Position numbers and translations under genes: made by a program. A stretch of DNA of 51,405 bases, counting the filler, from Sphacelaria rigidula (taxonomy: Eukaryota): NCBI GenBank assembly GCA_964200075.2. It is 4 parts of 4 records of this genome, joined end to end, with 100 filler letters (N's around TTAATTAATTAA, not from the genome) between each part and the next. Parts side by side here need not be neighbours in the genome. Positions count along the whole stretch, not along the records: positions 1 to 12,778 come from CAXNAA020003424.1; 3 more parts are not named here. One strand, written 5' to 3'. This document shows positions 1 to 11,797 of the stretch, piece by piece; positions within the stretch are counted from its first letter, which is position 1; every line of letters starts with the position of its first letter. Below the pieces are notes generated by a model, which saw nothing but the letters and a program-made list of their open reading frames with translations, searched no databases and had not been told where the DNA came from.

Positions 1-39
1 AGCACGGCTTCTGAGTTGAACCTCATTTTTTTTTTCAAC

Positions 40-810
40 CCCATTTTCGAAAATCGGCTGTTACAAGGTGTATAACGGTTGGGAGTTGACTATGAAACAC
101 TGTATGATAGCGGCCGTGCTCAAGGGAGTTAGTTGATCGAACACACGGAAAATCGGAAGTAAGGCCCCGCTTGCGAAACCCGCCGACGGTATCGCTGTTG
201 ATAGAAGGGAGAATTGTAGAGATGGATACGACACAGAGCCGAGTCACATGAATAGGCCTAGCCCTATCGTATTTTCTTCTATGCAGGGCCTCCCAAATCT
301 GGGCATACAACGATGGTTTGGTAATCCAGATTTTTGCCTCCGGAGGGGAGACCTTACCTTTTTCAGAGAAAACTTCCAACTGATCTGGTCAGACAGGGGC
401 ATGGCCGATAGGGTCCAGGTGCGTTTTGGAACCTCCAAGGCGGACCAAAAACGCCTAGGGGCGGTGGCAACTCGAACAAAAGTAGAGGGAAGTGCGCGGG
501 GCGCCGAAAGATCTGAAAACACAGGGGCGCTAGAGCTCCTACTCGAGCTCGTTGACTACCACTCAGAGTTGGGGGCAGAAGCTCCACTGATGCAGACCGT
601 AGGAAAAACCGGATGGGTAGCAGTCACTCCGGCGCGCGCGACGAACGCGCTTAGGCAACTAATTTCCAGTACAGGGAGGGACCCGACGGAGTACGCAATG
701 CACTCCGGTAGGGTTGGGGGGGCGACACATCTAGCGGCGCAAGGGGCGTCGTAACTGCAGGTTCAGAGGGCGAGGAGGTAGAAATCGCTGGCCTTCATGA
801 CGTACGTAAA
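40..810 (+). pseudogene. Decayed tyrosine recombinase of a DIRS/Ngaro-type (YR) mobile element
   Basis: Frame-hopping translation gives IGLALSYFLLCRAS (catalytic Arg, ~253-295), a frameshift into PDFCLRRGDLTFF...SKADQ (Lys)...MHSGRVGGAT (His-x-x-Arg), an in-frame TAA at 752-754, then R*KSLAFMTYV (Trp to stop, catalytic Tyr). The 5' boundary is approximate. Confidence 0.8.
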
Positions 811-1539
811 AGCGGGGGGCGAATGAGCGAAATTCGTATCACAGGCACTCGCTGGGGAGTAAAGTACAAACGAGGAAGAAAAAAATGAAATTGAAATGAA
901 GAAAAAAAGAAGAAGGGAAGAGGGAACATATCGGGCTGCCCAATAGGGTAAGAGTGACCAACCGCAAGGGCGGGCAAATATTAGGACAGTAGTCTCGGGT
1001 TAGCCCGATAGTTTTCCAACTGCGAGAACGTGTTTTTTGTCTCGCAGTTTTGTTTGTGCTAGTTTTCCGTCTTTTCTACACCCCAAATAATCCATATTTC
1101 TTGAGCCGAAAGCAAATCGGATCACGTTTCCTCAAAAATTACTCCAAAATAGCCCGGAATTGTCTCAAGTGAAAGTGATGCCGATTCATGCACCAACGTA
1201 ATCTCGCAGCCAAAGGATCAGGTGACTAATGAATCGGATCACTTTTCCTTAAAACATTACTCCGATGTATCCAGAAGGGACGACACAACACTATCGCCTA
1301 CGTTTTTCTTCTCGGACTGGTTCGACATGGCTCTCTCATAAATATCCTGCTCGCCAAAAAAGCTGTTGACTGGTTTACTTGTTGAATTGCAATGAATGAG
1401 AGATTCGTTGGACGGCATGACTTTCAGGATGGGGTAGAGTATATTACTTGAGTAATATGGTTCGGTGAAACATATACCCGCCATCAACGCGCCCATCTAA
1501 TGTATACTGGTTAGGTGATATGTTGTAGTAATCTTCTAT

Positions 1540-1860
1540 GGCGTTGAATCTCAAATTCGCGAACTCAAAATCGGGGGCACCGATTCACGGTAGCACAGGT
1601 TTGTGAAATAGTTCTGTAAAGTCTTTTTCTGCATGAGAGTGGTACTATCTGTCTCGCGTACTCTTGAAGCCGAAGAGTAGGTAGGTGGTGGACAATCCTT
1701 CGGGTACAGTGTCGCCCCGTGGTACCCTAGGGTAATATAGTCCAGGACACTCCATCATTACAGTACATGACAATGTCGTGTGGTGATACATGATGGCATA
1801 GTCGGTATTGTGAGAACAGTGAACATACAGTGCGCGAAAAAAGTTCAGGGGTGCAGTGCT
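1540..1860. repeat. Dispersed repeat, same family as 51150-51405
   Basis: Colinear blocks, e.g. tgaagccgaagagtaggtagg vs tgaagccgaagagcaggcagg, and tacatgatggcatagtcggtattgtgagaacag vs tacatgatggcacagtcggtattgcgagaacag. Confidence 0.7.
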
Positions 1861-1976
1861 ATGTCTCCTGCAAGCACAGCGACAACAGACTTTGATGGTA
1901 CAGTACCGTTCGTCATGGTGATACACATGGCATGGCATTGCATTATAAGATATTACTATCGCCGCCGGGTATGGCG

Positions 1977-2234
1977 TGTGACGCCAGCCAGTGGAAGCAC
2001 TGTTGGATCACTGCTGTTGAGGAACTCCCCAGTCTTACTGGCCTCAGCTTCAGTTGTCAGCCTTTACAACATTCTCATTATTCAGGAGTGCCCTTCCAGG
2101 GCACCAGCTTTGTAGACCTGCAGATACCATCTCCGTGTCTCTGGTCATTATCCAGAACCCTCCAGAATCTCCGTGTTCCTAGTCATTACCCATATCATCA
2201 CTACCAACTCAACGCACGGCGTATTTTCGTCACA
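1977..2234 (-). repeat. 3' LTR (258 bp)
   Basis: tgtgacg...cgtcaca inverted termini; about 10 substitutions (nearly all transitions) versus 6040-6297 by manual comparison. Confidence 0.92.
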
Positions 2235-2317
2235 GGCGTCACAGCACCCCCAAAGCGCGTTGGACGAAAACCGATCAACAAGCTTGAAACGTGGAAAACG
2301 TCAAAACGACGAGTAAG

Positions 2318-3700
2318 TCACAATTGAATACCAAACTCACTCGTCATGCGAGTAGCAACGGCACGAGTCACGCGCAATTTGCGCAATTCCTTCGTAAGAA
2401 ATTCCGGAGCGGCCTCAAAAATATCCTTGAAAGGCTCCCACGTACGCTCCTCCTCAACTTCGAAACCAATCCAGTCGACCGACACGATCAACGAACGATC
2501 ATCTGCTTCTGCTACTCGGACAATACCAGTCATCTGAAATTGCCTCTGATTGAAAGCATGCTGGAACACGTCCTTAACGTCAGCCGTAACATTAGGCTGC
2601 GAGTCTACATAAAACGCAAACGAGCTACATGGGCGGTCTGAACACGACCCGAAAGATATTCTGAACCTCAAACACGTGTGAGTGGTGAGCACCAAACACT
2701 CTCCATGGACCAGTCCAAGTCGCCATCAACTTGGGCGTAACGCCCGGACGACGCGCGCGTGCATACAAGACATAGTCGCCTACCTCAAAATTCGGCAATT
2801 CCAGCCCCGACGAGAGCCCCTTACGTCTACGCGCACGTTCAGCGGCAACACGTTCCTGCACTTGAACGTGGAAACATCCTTGCAAGTCCAAGACTCCTTG
2901 CAATGTACTCTTAATTTGAACATCGTCCAAGACATCACAATTCCATTCCCCCGCCGATGAAGACGCCGGAACCGAGGAAGACGTCCGAGAAGTACGACCA
3001 AACATCCCGTGGTACGGCGTACTATCGTAACGACGACGATACGCTGTATTAAGCGCCCATTTCACCGCCGGCAACACGTCCCCCCTCTCGGAAACCGCTC
3101 TACGCTGCTCGAGAAAAATGGAGCGAAGAGCACGAACTACTTCCTTGACCATGCGTTCGCACGTACCCTCAGACCACGGAGAATACGCCACCTCAACCTG
3201 GTGATCAACGCGCAAAGCCTCTCGCAATCGGGCCATTATTGCATTCTTGAAATGCGTGGCGGTATCACTCACTCACACACGCGGCACCCCCAAACGTTTT
3301 GCACCAATTCAGCAAAGATGCAGCGGTCGATTCAGCAGTACACACTGCTACTGGTTCCAAAGCCACAAAGTTGCTCAAATCATCCATGATTACCACAATG
3401 TATCAAAACCCAGCATCCTCCGACAAACCTTGGGGAGCTAGTGGGCCACTCTCACCCACGTACAAGAAATCAAAATGAACGACACCATTCGGCGTGGTCC
3501 CATGGACCGTTTCGCCGAGCGGGCGGGGAAAAATATTGCCCGCCCTCGCACAGTGAAGACACTGGCGGACAAATTCGCGCACATGAGTTTATATCCCCTG
3601 CCAGACACAAAACGCTTGCAAGCGCACGAGCGTCGCAGCCACACCACGATGCTCGGCGTCGTGCATGTGCGCGCAAATCATCAGACGTACTTGCAACTGC
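2318..3700 (-). pseudogene. Integrase core and C-terminal chromodomain, frameshifted
   Basis: SDTATHFKN...VAYSPWSEGTCERMVKEV (rve-like), FEVGDYVL...KLMATWTGPWRV (GPY/F-like motif), and VDWIGFEVEEERTWEPFKDIFEAAP (chromodomain) in ORFs 2625-3272 and 2318-2695. Confidence 0.85.
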
Positions 3701-3759
3701 TTGTCAGAACTCGGAATCCAAAAAACGTTTCGGCCACGCACATGCACACGAAACAGACC

Positions 3760-4395
3760 TTAATTGTCCAAGATAGCAGTATCAACGTCCGACTCGAAAT
3801 ATTGCACATCCGCATCTTCCGCCCCAAGTTCTTTTCGTTGCGCTTGGCGGGCAACAGATGTGGAGGGCATCGAGTCATCAGGTTCACACGGACCACACAC
3901 AGCCACATCGCGCACAGGCATTTGAATTTCAACTGTAGGCACCTGCATGACCAAACTACCCCAATGGCACTCAAATGCATCCGGAAACATTGACACCTGA
4001 CAATCAGGACGAGGATGGAGCAGCGTCACGGCATGAGCCATCAGATCCTTCGCTGTCGCCCACACCTGCAGCCTGCCCTCCGTCCACAATGCAGCCTTCT
4101 TCGGAAACGCCATATCTGGACTGGACCACCCCGCCTGCATATTCTGTAACACCAACCCGAGCGCCAAAAGAGCCGCCATGCACAATACTAACCGAATCAA
4201 CTTCACTGGATTGTACCGCCGCGGCTTCGTCTTCACCGCGGACGCCCCAGGTTTTGGCTGAACACGCATGTGCTCCACGCGCGCAGGGGGATCACCCCGC
4301 AGCGCACGACGAAACGCGTTGACGCGGTAATGCAATATGCCGCGTAGGCGCTCCGCTTTTGAGATCCCGAGGCCTGTCGCCCCAACATCTGTCAC
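3760..4395 (-). pseudogene. Reverse transcriptase N-terminus fused to connection/RNase H remnant (RT core deleted)
   Basis: GDPPARVEHMRVQPKPGASAVKTKPRRYNP...WSSPDMAFPKK runs directly into WT...AVTLLHPRPDCQVSMFPDA..HWGSLVMQ, with no YxDD motif between them. Confidence 0.75.
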
Positions 4396-4511
4396 GCTCT
4401 CCTCCGGCGCGACCTTCCGAGGGGACTCCTATTCCGCCGGAATCATTAACATGTCTGGGCTGCGCTCTACTAAGCGTTCCACCGCCACATCCCGCCCCTC
4501 GGTCACCTGCC

Positions 4512-4590
4512 GTGCTCCGTCTCGAAAGGGATGCGTGGTCAATGGTCAAATGACTAAGGCAAGCAACAAAAAATGAGTCCCCCCCCCCCC
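4512..4590 (+). mobile_element. Short poly(C)-tailed retroposon copy (family A) inserted into the LTR element
   Basis: Flanked by a perfect 17-bp direct repeat cccctcggtcacctgcc (4495-4511 and 4587-4603). The body recurs at 16124, 18762 and 22107. Confidence 0.75.
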
Positions 4591-4731
4591 TCGGTCACCT
4601 GCCCCCCAGCCTCCTGAAAAGCATCCACCGACAAGCTCATGCGACGACTGCCCCAAAAGGCGGCCGTCTCCACGTGCGGACCAGGCGGAGACAGCCGCGT
4701 CTTGATGGAGTCCGCTGCGAAGCAACAGCAC

Positions 4732-5931
4732 CTACGGCGGCGCCGTACCCAGAGCCAGGCCCACGCTGACGCCACTGCCCCTGCTGCTGCTGATTTTGCT
4801 GCTTCCGCGGCTGCTGCTGAGGGCTCGCCTGCGACCGTCCATCGCCGGAGATTCAGCCGCCGCCACCACGATTGCCTCATCTTTTGCCCTTGTTGGATGA
4901 TGCTGATGGCGCGCGGCACTAAACTCCCCAGACTCTCCACAGGGAAACGTTGGGTAATCGCGCGCGTGATGACCGACCTGGTCACAGCGATGGCAAGTAA
5001 TACTCGCGGCGCGACCAGCTGATTTCGAGCCATGGTCGCGCACAGGTTTTGGCGAAGAGGTGGACGACTGGCCGAACACCTCTATTTTCCGCAACTCCTT
5101 GGCCTCGGCCACGACGGTGCTCATCACCAGGTACGGGTCGTCCTTCCAATCTGTTTGGTGCTGCAGCTTGACAAGCACGGCTTGCTTGAAATGTCCCGGT
5201 GCCAACCCCTCCACGAAAGCCTTAATGATTACTGTTGCCGGGTCGGGAATGAACTCACCATCGGGGGAACGATATATTAGTTCTACGGTCGAATTTTCCG
5301 TGAAGCAGTTCTCCAAATTGGCCAAGACGGGCTCCACACGCTTCAACATCGTTTTCCCCGGAAAATCCATTGCGACAGTTTTTGCCACGACCGCGGACGC
5401 TTGGGTCAGATCTACCACGGCGCCTGCCGCATGCCCAGCATGCTTTTTGATCGCCGTAACAAATTGCGGCGAGGTGAGAGTGCTCCCATTATGTTCCAAA
5501 CGAGCAAACACTTTCTGCACATGAGTTGGCACTTGTTGAGCGATTGTCACCACGTGATGCCGCACGGCAACCCCTGCATTAGCGTGCTCCACACGCTTCT
5601 TGTATTCCAAACACCTCGTGTAAAAAGTGCGAGATGCACTCTCTGAGTACCTGTCCCCGTATTGGGGAGGTCGCAATTCCTTACGCATGACCACGGGTGT
5701 CACGGTGGACGTACCTCGTGAGCCGGCAGCCATAGTTGTAGCTGTATATGGCCACCTGCGAACCTCTGCAGGCCAGCGGACTTCCTCGAATTGCGCTTTC
5801 CTTGCTTCGTCGCCGCACCACACAGTCGTAGGAGCCTCTAAACTCCCGCTGCACGTAGCTTCAGCAAGTCTCCAGTCTGGATAACAGGCCAGCCGCCTTT
5901 CTGCAGCTGCCTGAACTGGAATCCTCTCCAC
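4732..5931 (-). CDS. Gag-like ORF of the LTR retrotransposon
   Basis: 399-codon open frame just inside the 5' LTR, with degenerate zinc knuckle CHRCDQVGHHARDY (CX2CX4HX4C with the last Cys changed to Tyr). Confidence 0.7.
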   Translation of the reverse strand: MERIPVQAAAERRLACYPDWRLAEATCSGSLEAPTTVWCGDEARKAQFEEVRWPAEVRRWPYTATTMAAGSRGTSTVTPVVMRKELRPPQYGDRYSESASRTFYTRCLEYKKRVEHANAGVAVRHHVVTIAQQVPTHVQKVFARLEHNGSTLTSPQFVTAIKKHAGHAAGAVVDLTQASAVVAKTVAMDFPGKTMLKRVEPVLANLENCFTENSTVELIYRSPDGEFIPDPATVIIKAFVEGLAPGHFKQAVLVKLQHQTDWKDDPYLVMSTVVAEAKELRKIEVFGQSSTSSPKPVRDHGSKSAGRAASITCHRCDQVGHHARDYPTFPCGESGEFSAARHQHHPTRAKDEAIVVAAAESPAMDGRRRALSSSRGSSKISSSRGSGVSVGLALGTAPP

Positions 5932-6039
5932 GCGTCCGTGCTGTATCAGGTTTCCACAGCTCCCAGACTCCTACCGAAATCCTTTACGGCAGATTTCTAC
6001 CACTAACACTAACACTAGCACTAGCACTAATATCGATAC

Positions 6040-6297
6040 TGTGACGCCAGCCAGTGGAAGCACTGCTGGATCACTGCTGTTGAGGGACTCCCCAGTCTTA
6101 CTGGCCTCGGTTTCAGTTGTCAGCCTTTACAACATTCTCATTATTTAGGAGTGCCCTTCCAGGGCACCAGCTTTGTAGACCTGCATATACCATCTCCGTG
6201 TCTCCGGTCATTGTCCAGAACCCTCCAGAATCTCCGTGTCCCTAGTCATTACCCATATCATCACTACCAACTCAACGTACGGCGTATTTTCGTCACA
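6040..6297 (-). repeat. 5' LTR (258 bp)
   Basis: Direct repeat of 1977-2234 with TG...CA termini. Confidence 0.92.
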
Positions 6298-6659
6298 GAC
6301 GTCAACATTTATCCGCTAGTCAAACCCCGTGCGAAGCTGCTTCAACAGGTGGCGCGAGCAGGCACGCCCTGTGCTATCACGAGACTGTTTCCTGCTGCTA
6401 TTGTGAAAATATAATACGCATCGAAACCCTACCATTGCACGTCAGTGTATGTACATTACCTCCTCGAATTCAGGGGGACCTCAGCTTCCCCTCGATTTTT
6501 CGCCAAAAATAGGAGGAAATTGTCACACCCCGTTTTTTTCTCCCCGGATTTGGTCCAAATCGGGGCCCATGAAAATACCTTCCCCGAATTTTTTTCCCAT
6601 GTTCGAAAAAATTTAGATTGGTGACTGCCAGAAAAGGTGGTCTAACACATACTTCCCCG

Positions 6660-7069
6660 ATGTACAGTATATACTTGTACTGCCGCCCTGACCGGGCAAT
6701 ATATTCTCACCCTCACATGCCCAATATATATTGACCGACCAATATACTGGCACCCACGCGGACCCAATATATATTCAACGGTCAATATGTTCTCACCAAT
6801 ATGACCCTAATACATATTGGTCGTGCAATATGTCTTCGCCCACACCGCCCCAATATATATTAATGGGATAATATGTGTACAATCCCACGGTACCAATATA
6901 TATGTGGGGCGGGCAGTAAGTTTGCAATCCCACGACACCAACATATATTGGGTGCGCAATACGTGTGCAGTCCACAGGATCAATTATATATTACGCCGGC
7001 AATATATCGCAATACTCCAATATGATCGACTAATATATATTGGATACATATTGTATTGTCCTGGGTGTG
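6660..7069 (-). mobile_element. DNA-transposon end with arrayed CAATATATATTG-type subterminal motifs
   Basis: Many caatata(ta)ttg palindromes ending in catattgtattgtcctgggtgtg, the reverse complement of the start of the 37008-37917 array. Confidence 0.55.
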
Positions 7070-8724
7070 GAAGATATACAGTATTAACTGGTCTAGTTCC
7101 CAGCCCATCCAATGTATGTGTTCGGTGTACTTTCCCGCCGGAGTTGACATCACCCACTTTCAGCCCACGATTCAACACACATGGGGAACGGGGCTACCTT
7201 CTTTGTGTTAACGCAATACGACACACTCCTACATGCTGCACTTGCTTGTATAGAATGCCAAGTTTACTAGCAAGCCGGTGGTTTTCCCACTGTAAGTTCA
7301 TCGAGGAGTGTCCTGATTATTAAAAGCAGCCTATTATCTCACTTCCTTCCTTTTCCACCTCCTTGACGTCCTTGCTTTCAACATCCGTTTGTCACGCATT
7401 CGCTCACAGTACAACTATTTTTCCTTCCGTACTTTCCTCGTCAATCTTTCCGCAACCATCCCTTCGTCCTTCTCCTGACTCGTTCAAAATTGACAGGTGC
7501 TCCGTCCGTGTGCACTACTCACGCGTCTGTATCCCATGAGACAGAGCCAGTCCCGAAGGGCGCCAGGAAACAAGTCTCCTTCCCCTGCCTTGCGTGTGGC
7601 GGGGATATCGGGGTTAGCACTCCATACCACCGAGCTGCTGTTGGATTTCCAACGGTACGTGTTGCAGGAGAGAGAGGCCTTTGCCTCGAGAAACGACAAT
7701 TCCACACCTCGGAAAGTACCGCGAGTCAATACTTATTCACCCTCCTCTCCTGGAGGCGACCCTGTGACGCCACCAAGCAAAACCGACCCTCCACCGGAAG
7801 AGAAGAAACCCAATCCTACCCGACAGGGTACCCGAGCCATGGGTACCAGGAGCGGAGCCGGAAACTGAACCACTGCTTACGGTAAGTACCACAACTACAC
7901 ATTCCTTTTCCACGTTCAACTCACTCTCCACCATGTATAGTCCCATTTTCATCCCGCCCTCTCCCACCTTCAATGCTTGCTTTCATCGGTAGCAGTTCTA
8001 TTTTTGCTTTCAACATACCTCAGTGCAACCTCCAGCCTGCACGCTTGTTCACGTCTCTACGTTCCTTTACTTCGCCCCTTGCCTACCTTCTTTCTACCGT
8101 GATGCGTTCCAAAACCAGATACCTACCCTCGGAACGTGACGGACTTCGTCACATCCGACATTAGCCATGTCAGCTTCCGGTAGCGTCTGTAACTTTTCAG
8201 CGCCATCGTTTCTTCTCATTATGGGCTCCGGTTCTTTCGGCGTTGTGTCGTCTTCTGTACAGTAACGTGGTCGAATCAACGTCTTCCAGGTGCTTTTTGG
8301 GGCCCACGATTGGGGGGGATCAGGAGTGTCCTAATTTCTTTATGGCCTTAGTTTTCAACTATTTCCTATACATGACGAATTTTCTGCTCCTAGGGCAAGA
8401 ATATGGTTACTCGGATTTGGAATAGCTCCGGGTAGTTACACCGAACTAATAACAGGGTGACCAACTCACTTGATATCGATGTTACGCCAAGTCAGTTGAT
8501 GCTTCGGTGATGAAGCTATTTCCTCATTTCTTTGAACCTGGGATCTTTTCCAGTAAAACTAGGTCCATTACGGGATGGTTCTCGGTGCCTGCGACATCTC
8601 GATTCCTGCGTTTGCTGTTTCTACACGTATATGCAGCAGTAGGTGGTAATTTGGTCGTCTAGATCGCACGCCGGGAATTTGTCAGCTTGCAGTTTGTTCC
8701 TTGTAGTTCGATCGGTTTTTGCGG

Positions 8725-8994
8725 GGAGTCATCCTCCGATAGGGGGGGGGGAGGGGGGCGGGGTATTTTGGGTCACTTCTTGCACGAAATTCCAAGTCAA
8801 ACCGTCCTTGAAAGGAGCAACGGTTGCTCGAACGAGCTTGCTGTAGATATAAACGCTCGTTCATACCGATTGACACCGTTTTGAACCAAATACAAGCGCA
8901 CCGTGAATGTGGCAAGTCGTCTGACACACTTTTGAGCTTCTTTCTTCGTGCAATCAAATACCCCTCCCCCCGTCCCCTATCGTAGGATGACTCC
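8725..8994. mobile_element. MITE with G-rich TIRs; second copy at ~25830-26075
   Basis: Left end ggagtcatcctccgatagggg...ggggtattt is the inverted match of right end aaatacccc...cccctatcgtaggatgactcc. The internal sequence matches 25845-26070. Confidence 0.7.
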
Positions 8995-11797
8995 GGGGTC
9001 GTTCGTTTTGTGTACTGTACCGTGTTTGTGTAAAGGCATCCTCTGTCAACCCTTAGTTTGATGGTCATGGGTGGTAGGGTCCTTGCACCCCGTGACGACG
9101 GGTCGGAGAGAAAGAACTACTGTTTTCAAGGGATTGAGCTAATGTGGCGTAAGCTCTTAAAACAGGTGATGACAATACCTGGCCGGTGGGAGTAGACGTG
9201 CAACGTGTCCGTGCCATGACTTTTTCGCACGAATTACCCCCGTGTCGTGCCTTTCCCGCCTTTCCGTAGAAACAAATTCCTGAAAGGACGAGCACGGGGC
9301 CTAAACTAGTCGCGGTGCTATCAACAATTTTCAAACCCCATAACTAGTTAGTCAGCGCATACGTCAGTCATCTACCATCGACATTTAATTGATGTGAATA
9401 CTGCTGTTGGGACATGCATTTGCAGTCTCGTGTATGGAATTTCAATAGCAGAGGCTGTCGAAAATTTCCCGCCCTACCCAACTGATTTGATTGGGAGGCA
9501 AGACGATTTTTTGACAATCTCGATAGTCTGAGTGTCATACGCTGCCAACAGCATAGTATGTCCGATTTGGACAGCAGAGGTTGCTCGCAAGTCATCTTTT
9601 TGCCTAATTTCAGGTAAAATTGTTGGGCAAAACGGGGACTTCTGAGAATCATTTACTGTACATCTTCCACATGCTAGTGCATAGAATTTTATAGACAGGA
9701 GCTGCCCGGGATAAATCCTCGTGTTCCCCTATTTGGAAATCCCATTTTTTACCAAATTGGGCGAAACAAGGATATACCCCGAACAGCTCCCGCGCTGTAC
9801 AACTTTCAAATGTGCTATGACAAGCCTGGGATTTCAAAAACAATCCAAAGGTACGACCTTTGCAAGGTCAAGACCTTACGAAGGTCTGACACCTTCGACA
9901 ATGTGCACGGTTGCGAATGTATCGCCTCATGTACCCCGCGGCGAGTGTAAAGCGTCCATCTGTGTAGTTGAATAAAAATAATTTTTGAAAGTAAACCTGT
10001 CCGTTACAAATCGGTTCTGTAGTGATTTCTTTTGACAAATCCGAGCATAGTTTGATCTTACTGTTCGACAGCATCTTCGCACGTTCGACCGAACCCAAAG
10101 CGGCCACTGTCCCGCAGCTCTTGAGAGCCGCTCAAATTGTGTGGAATGAGTTGAAAAGGTTGAACTGTCAAAGTTTACAATCCTTGTCAATTTCGGTGTT
10201 TTCACGAGTACGATGATTGTGCAGATCACAGACAGTACAGTAGAGCAACGAAAGCTAGCTATGACTGGGTTTGTCTGACGCACTGCCGCCAGCGTTGCTT
10301 GAAAGCCACAAGATGTTTGCGATTGGCGGTTGATGGCGCGGGTCTCAAATGTAATGGCAAGTGGTTGATTATAGAGCACTTCCGTTCCTCGTGAAACATA
10401 TCTCGCCCCAGCTTGTTGTAATGAATGACCTCCTCACGTGGGAATTCTCGAACGCTGCCGCGGCACACGCAGCGAGTGGGTGGGCGCTCCATATCAGCAT
10501 GGAGGTATCCCCATGCGCCACGCCAGCAACAGTGAGGTCACCACCATGGAACATACAATGCTTCAAAATAGGGTTGTACGATGAAATGAGGTTAAAGCAC
10601 GAATAACTGGTTCCCCCACACTTTTAGCGATGGTGTCCAATGACGTATTTGTCGGCCTTATGCCCCTCGATCGCGTAGATACTTCTCCAGCGCATTTTAC
10701 CGACCCTGTGAGCTTACAGCGCTGACCGAAACCGTTATTTTCCCATAGTTTCCAGGGCAAAACACTGTTTTGGGCTTGGACCTCATTTCATTGTACAACC
10801 TCACCTTATATGATTGTCTGTTATAGGTATCGTTTTGCACTCCGCATGACAAGATGATCTCCACAAGTGCCTGATATCTCGTACATCCCTTCAACTGGCG
10901 TGTGGCACCCTCTTGTTGTCGCGTGTGATGAAGCTTGGTGGCATAGCGAGATATTACGATGTAACAGCGGATCCCATTTTTTTGGGTTCATCTCTAAAAT
11001 GGAGTGGAAGTGGCATTTCTCTCTTGCAGGGAAGACGCGAAGCACTTACGACCGAGCGAAGCCATCTTCCCCCCCAAATATCCCCAGCAATTGAGCAGCT
11101 GTGGCTAGGTGCACCTAACGAATGCGGTGTACACACGTGTCGATGACGGTATCACCAGAGAGAGAAGCAACGACAGAGAGGAAGCTCTTCGCCCGTGCCC
11201 TTTGTGTGTGCCCGCTCGGCGACTACCAAATTCTCGAGAGACTGGCATCATTGATCTGACCAGCATGTGCCAAATTTTTCATGTGCCAGAGCATCGACGT
11301 GCGGAGAGATTGCGTCCTCTCTTCTTGCCTGTCGCCGCAACGCAAGGATCGATTTCTCCCTGCCTCTCCTTTTGGACAGGACGTGCCTCTGTGCGCTGAA
11401 AAACATGTTGTTGAAACAATAGGGCAATGTTCCCGTCACCGCTACTACGGTTCTCTGTCACACACATGCCAGCAAGGACGGTGCTGCGGCAATAATAGAT
11501 ATATCCAATTTGAACTCAGGGGGTGCTATTCATCGTTGATTTTTGTCGACCTCCCCCGAGCAGAAGGGCATGCCACACGCCAGTTGAGGGGGGTGTATGA
11601 GAGATCAAACACTTGTAGAAACCTGTTTGACATGCGGAGTGAAAAACGATACCTATCGTGGTGACCTAACTGTTGCTAGCGTGGCGAATAGGCGTCAGTC
11701 CATTCCGCAACCTGCAGCACGCGCTCAACAGCTCGGTACAGTAGTACGAGTAGGTTCCCATGAGCAATAATTATTCCGATGTCAGGAGGTCATGGGC

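Larger units (their letters stand above)
1977..6297 (-). mobile_element. Ty3/Gypsy chromovirus-type LTR retrotransposon, internally deleted and non-autonomous
   Basis: Paired 258-bp TG...CA LTRs. Minus-strand order is gag, RT/RNase H remnants, integrase, chromodomain. A PPT-like GGGGGTGC lies near the 3' LTR. The outer flanks are GGCG and GACG (possible 4-bp TSD with one mismatch). Confidence 0.9.

Noticed and set aside
6001-6039. Telomere-like repeats or Tf1-type self-priming site
   Set aside because: Only about five degenerate hexamers, and I found no complementary sequence in the LTR.
8725-8994. Third poly(C)-tailed retroposon family
   Set aside because: The G/C runs are inside terminal inverted repeats, so it is a MITE.
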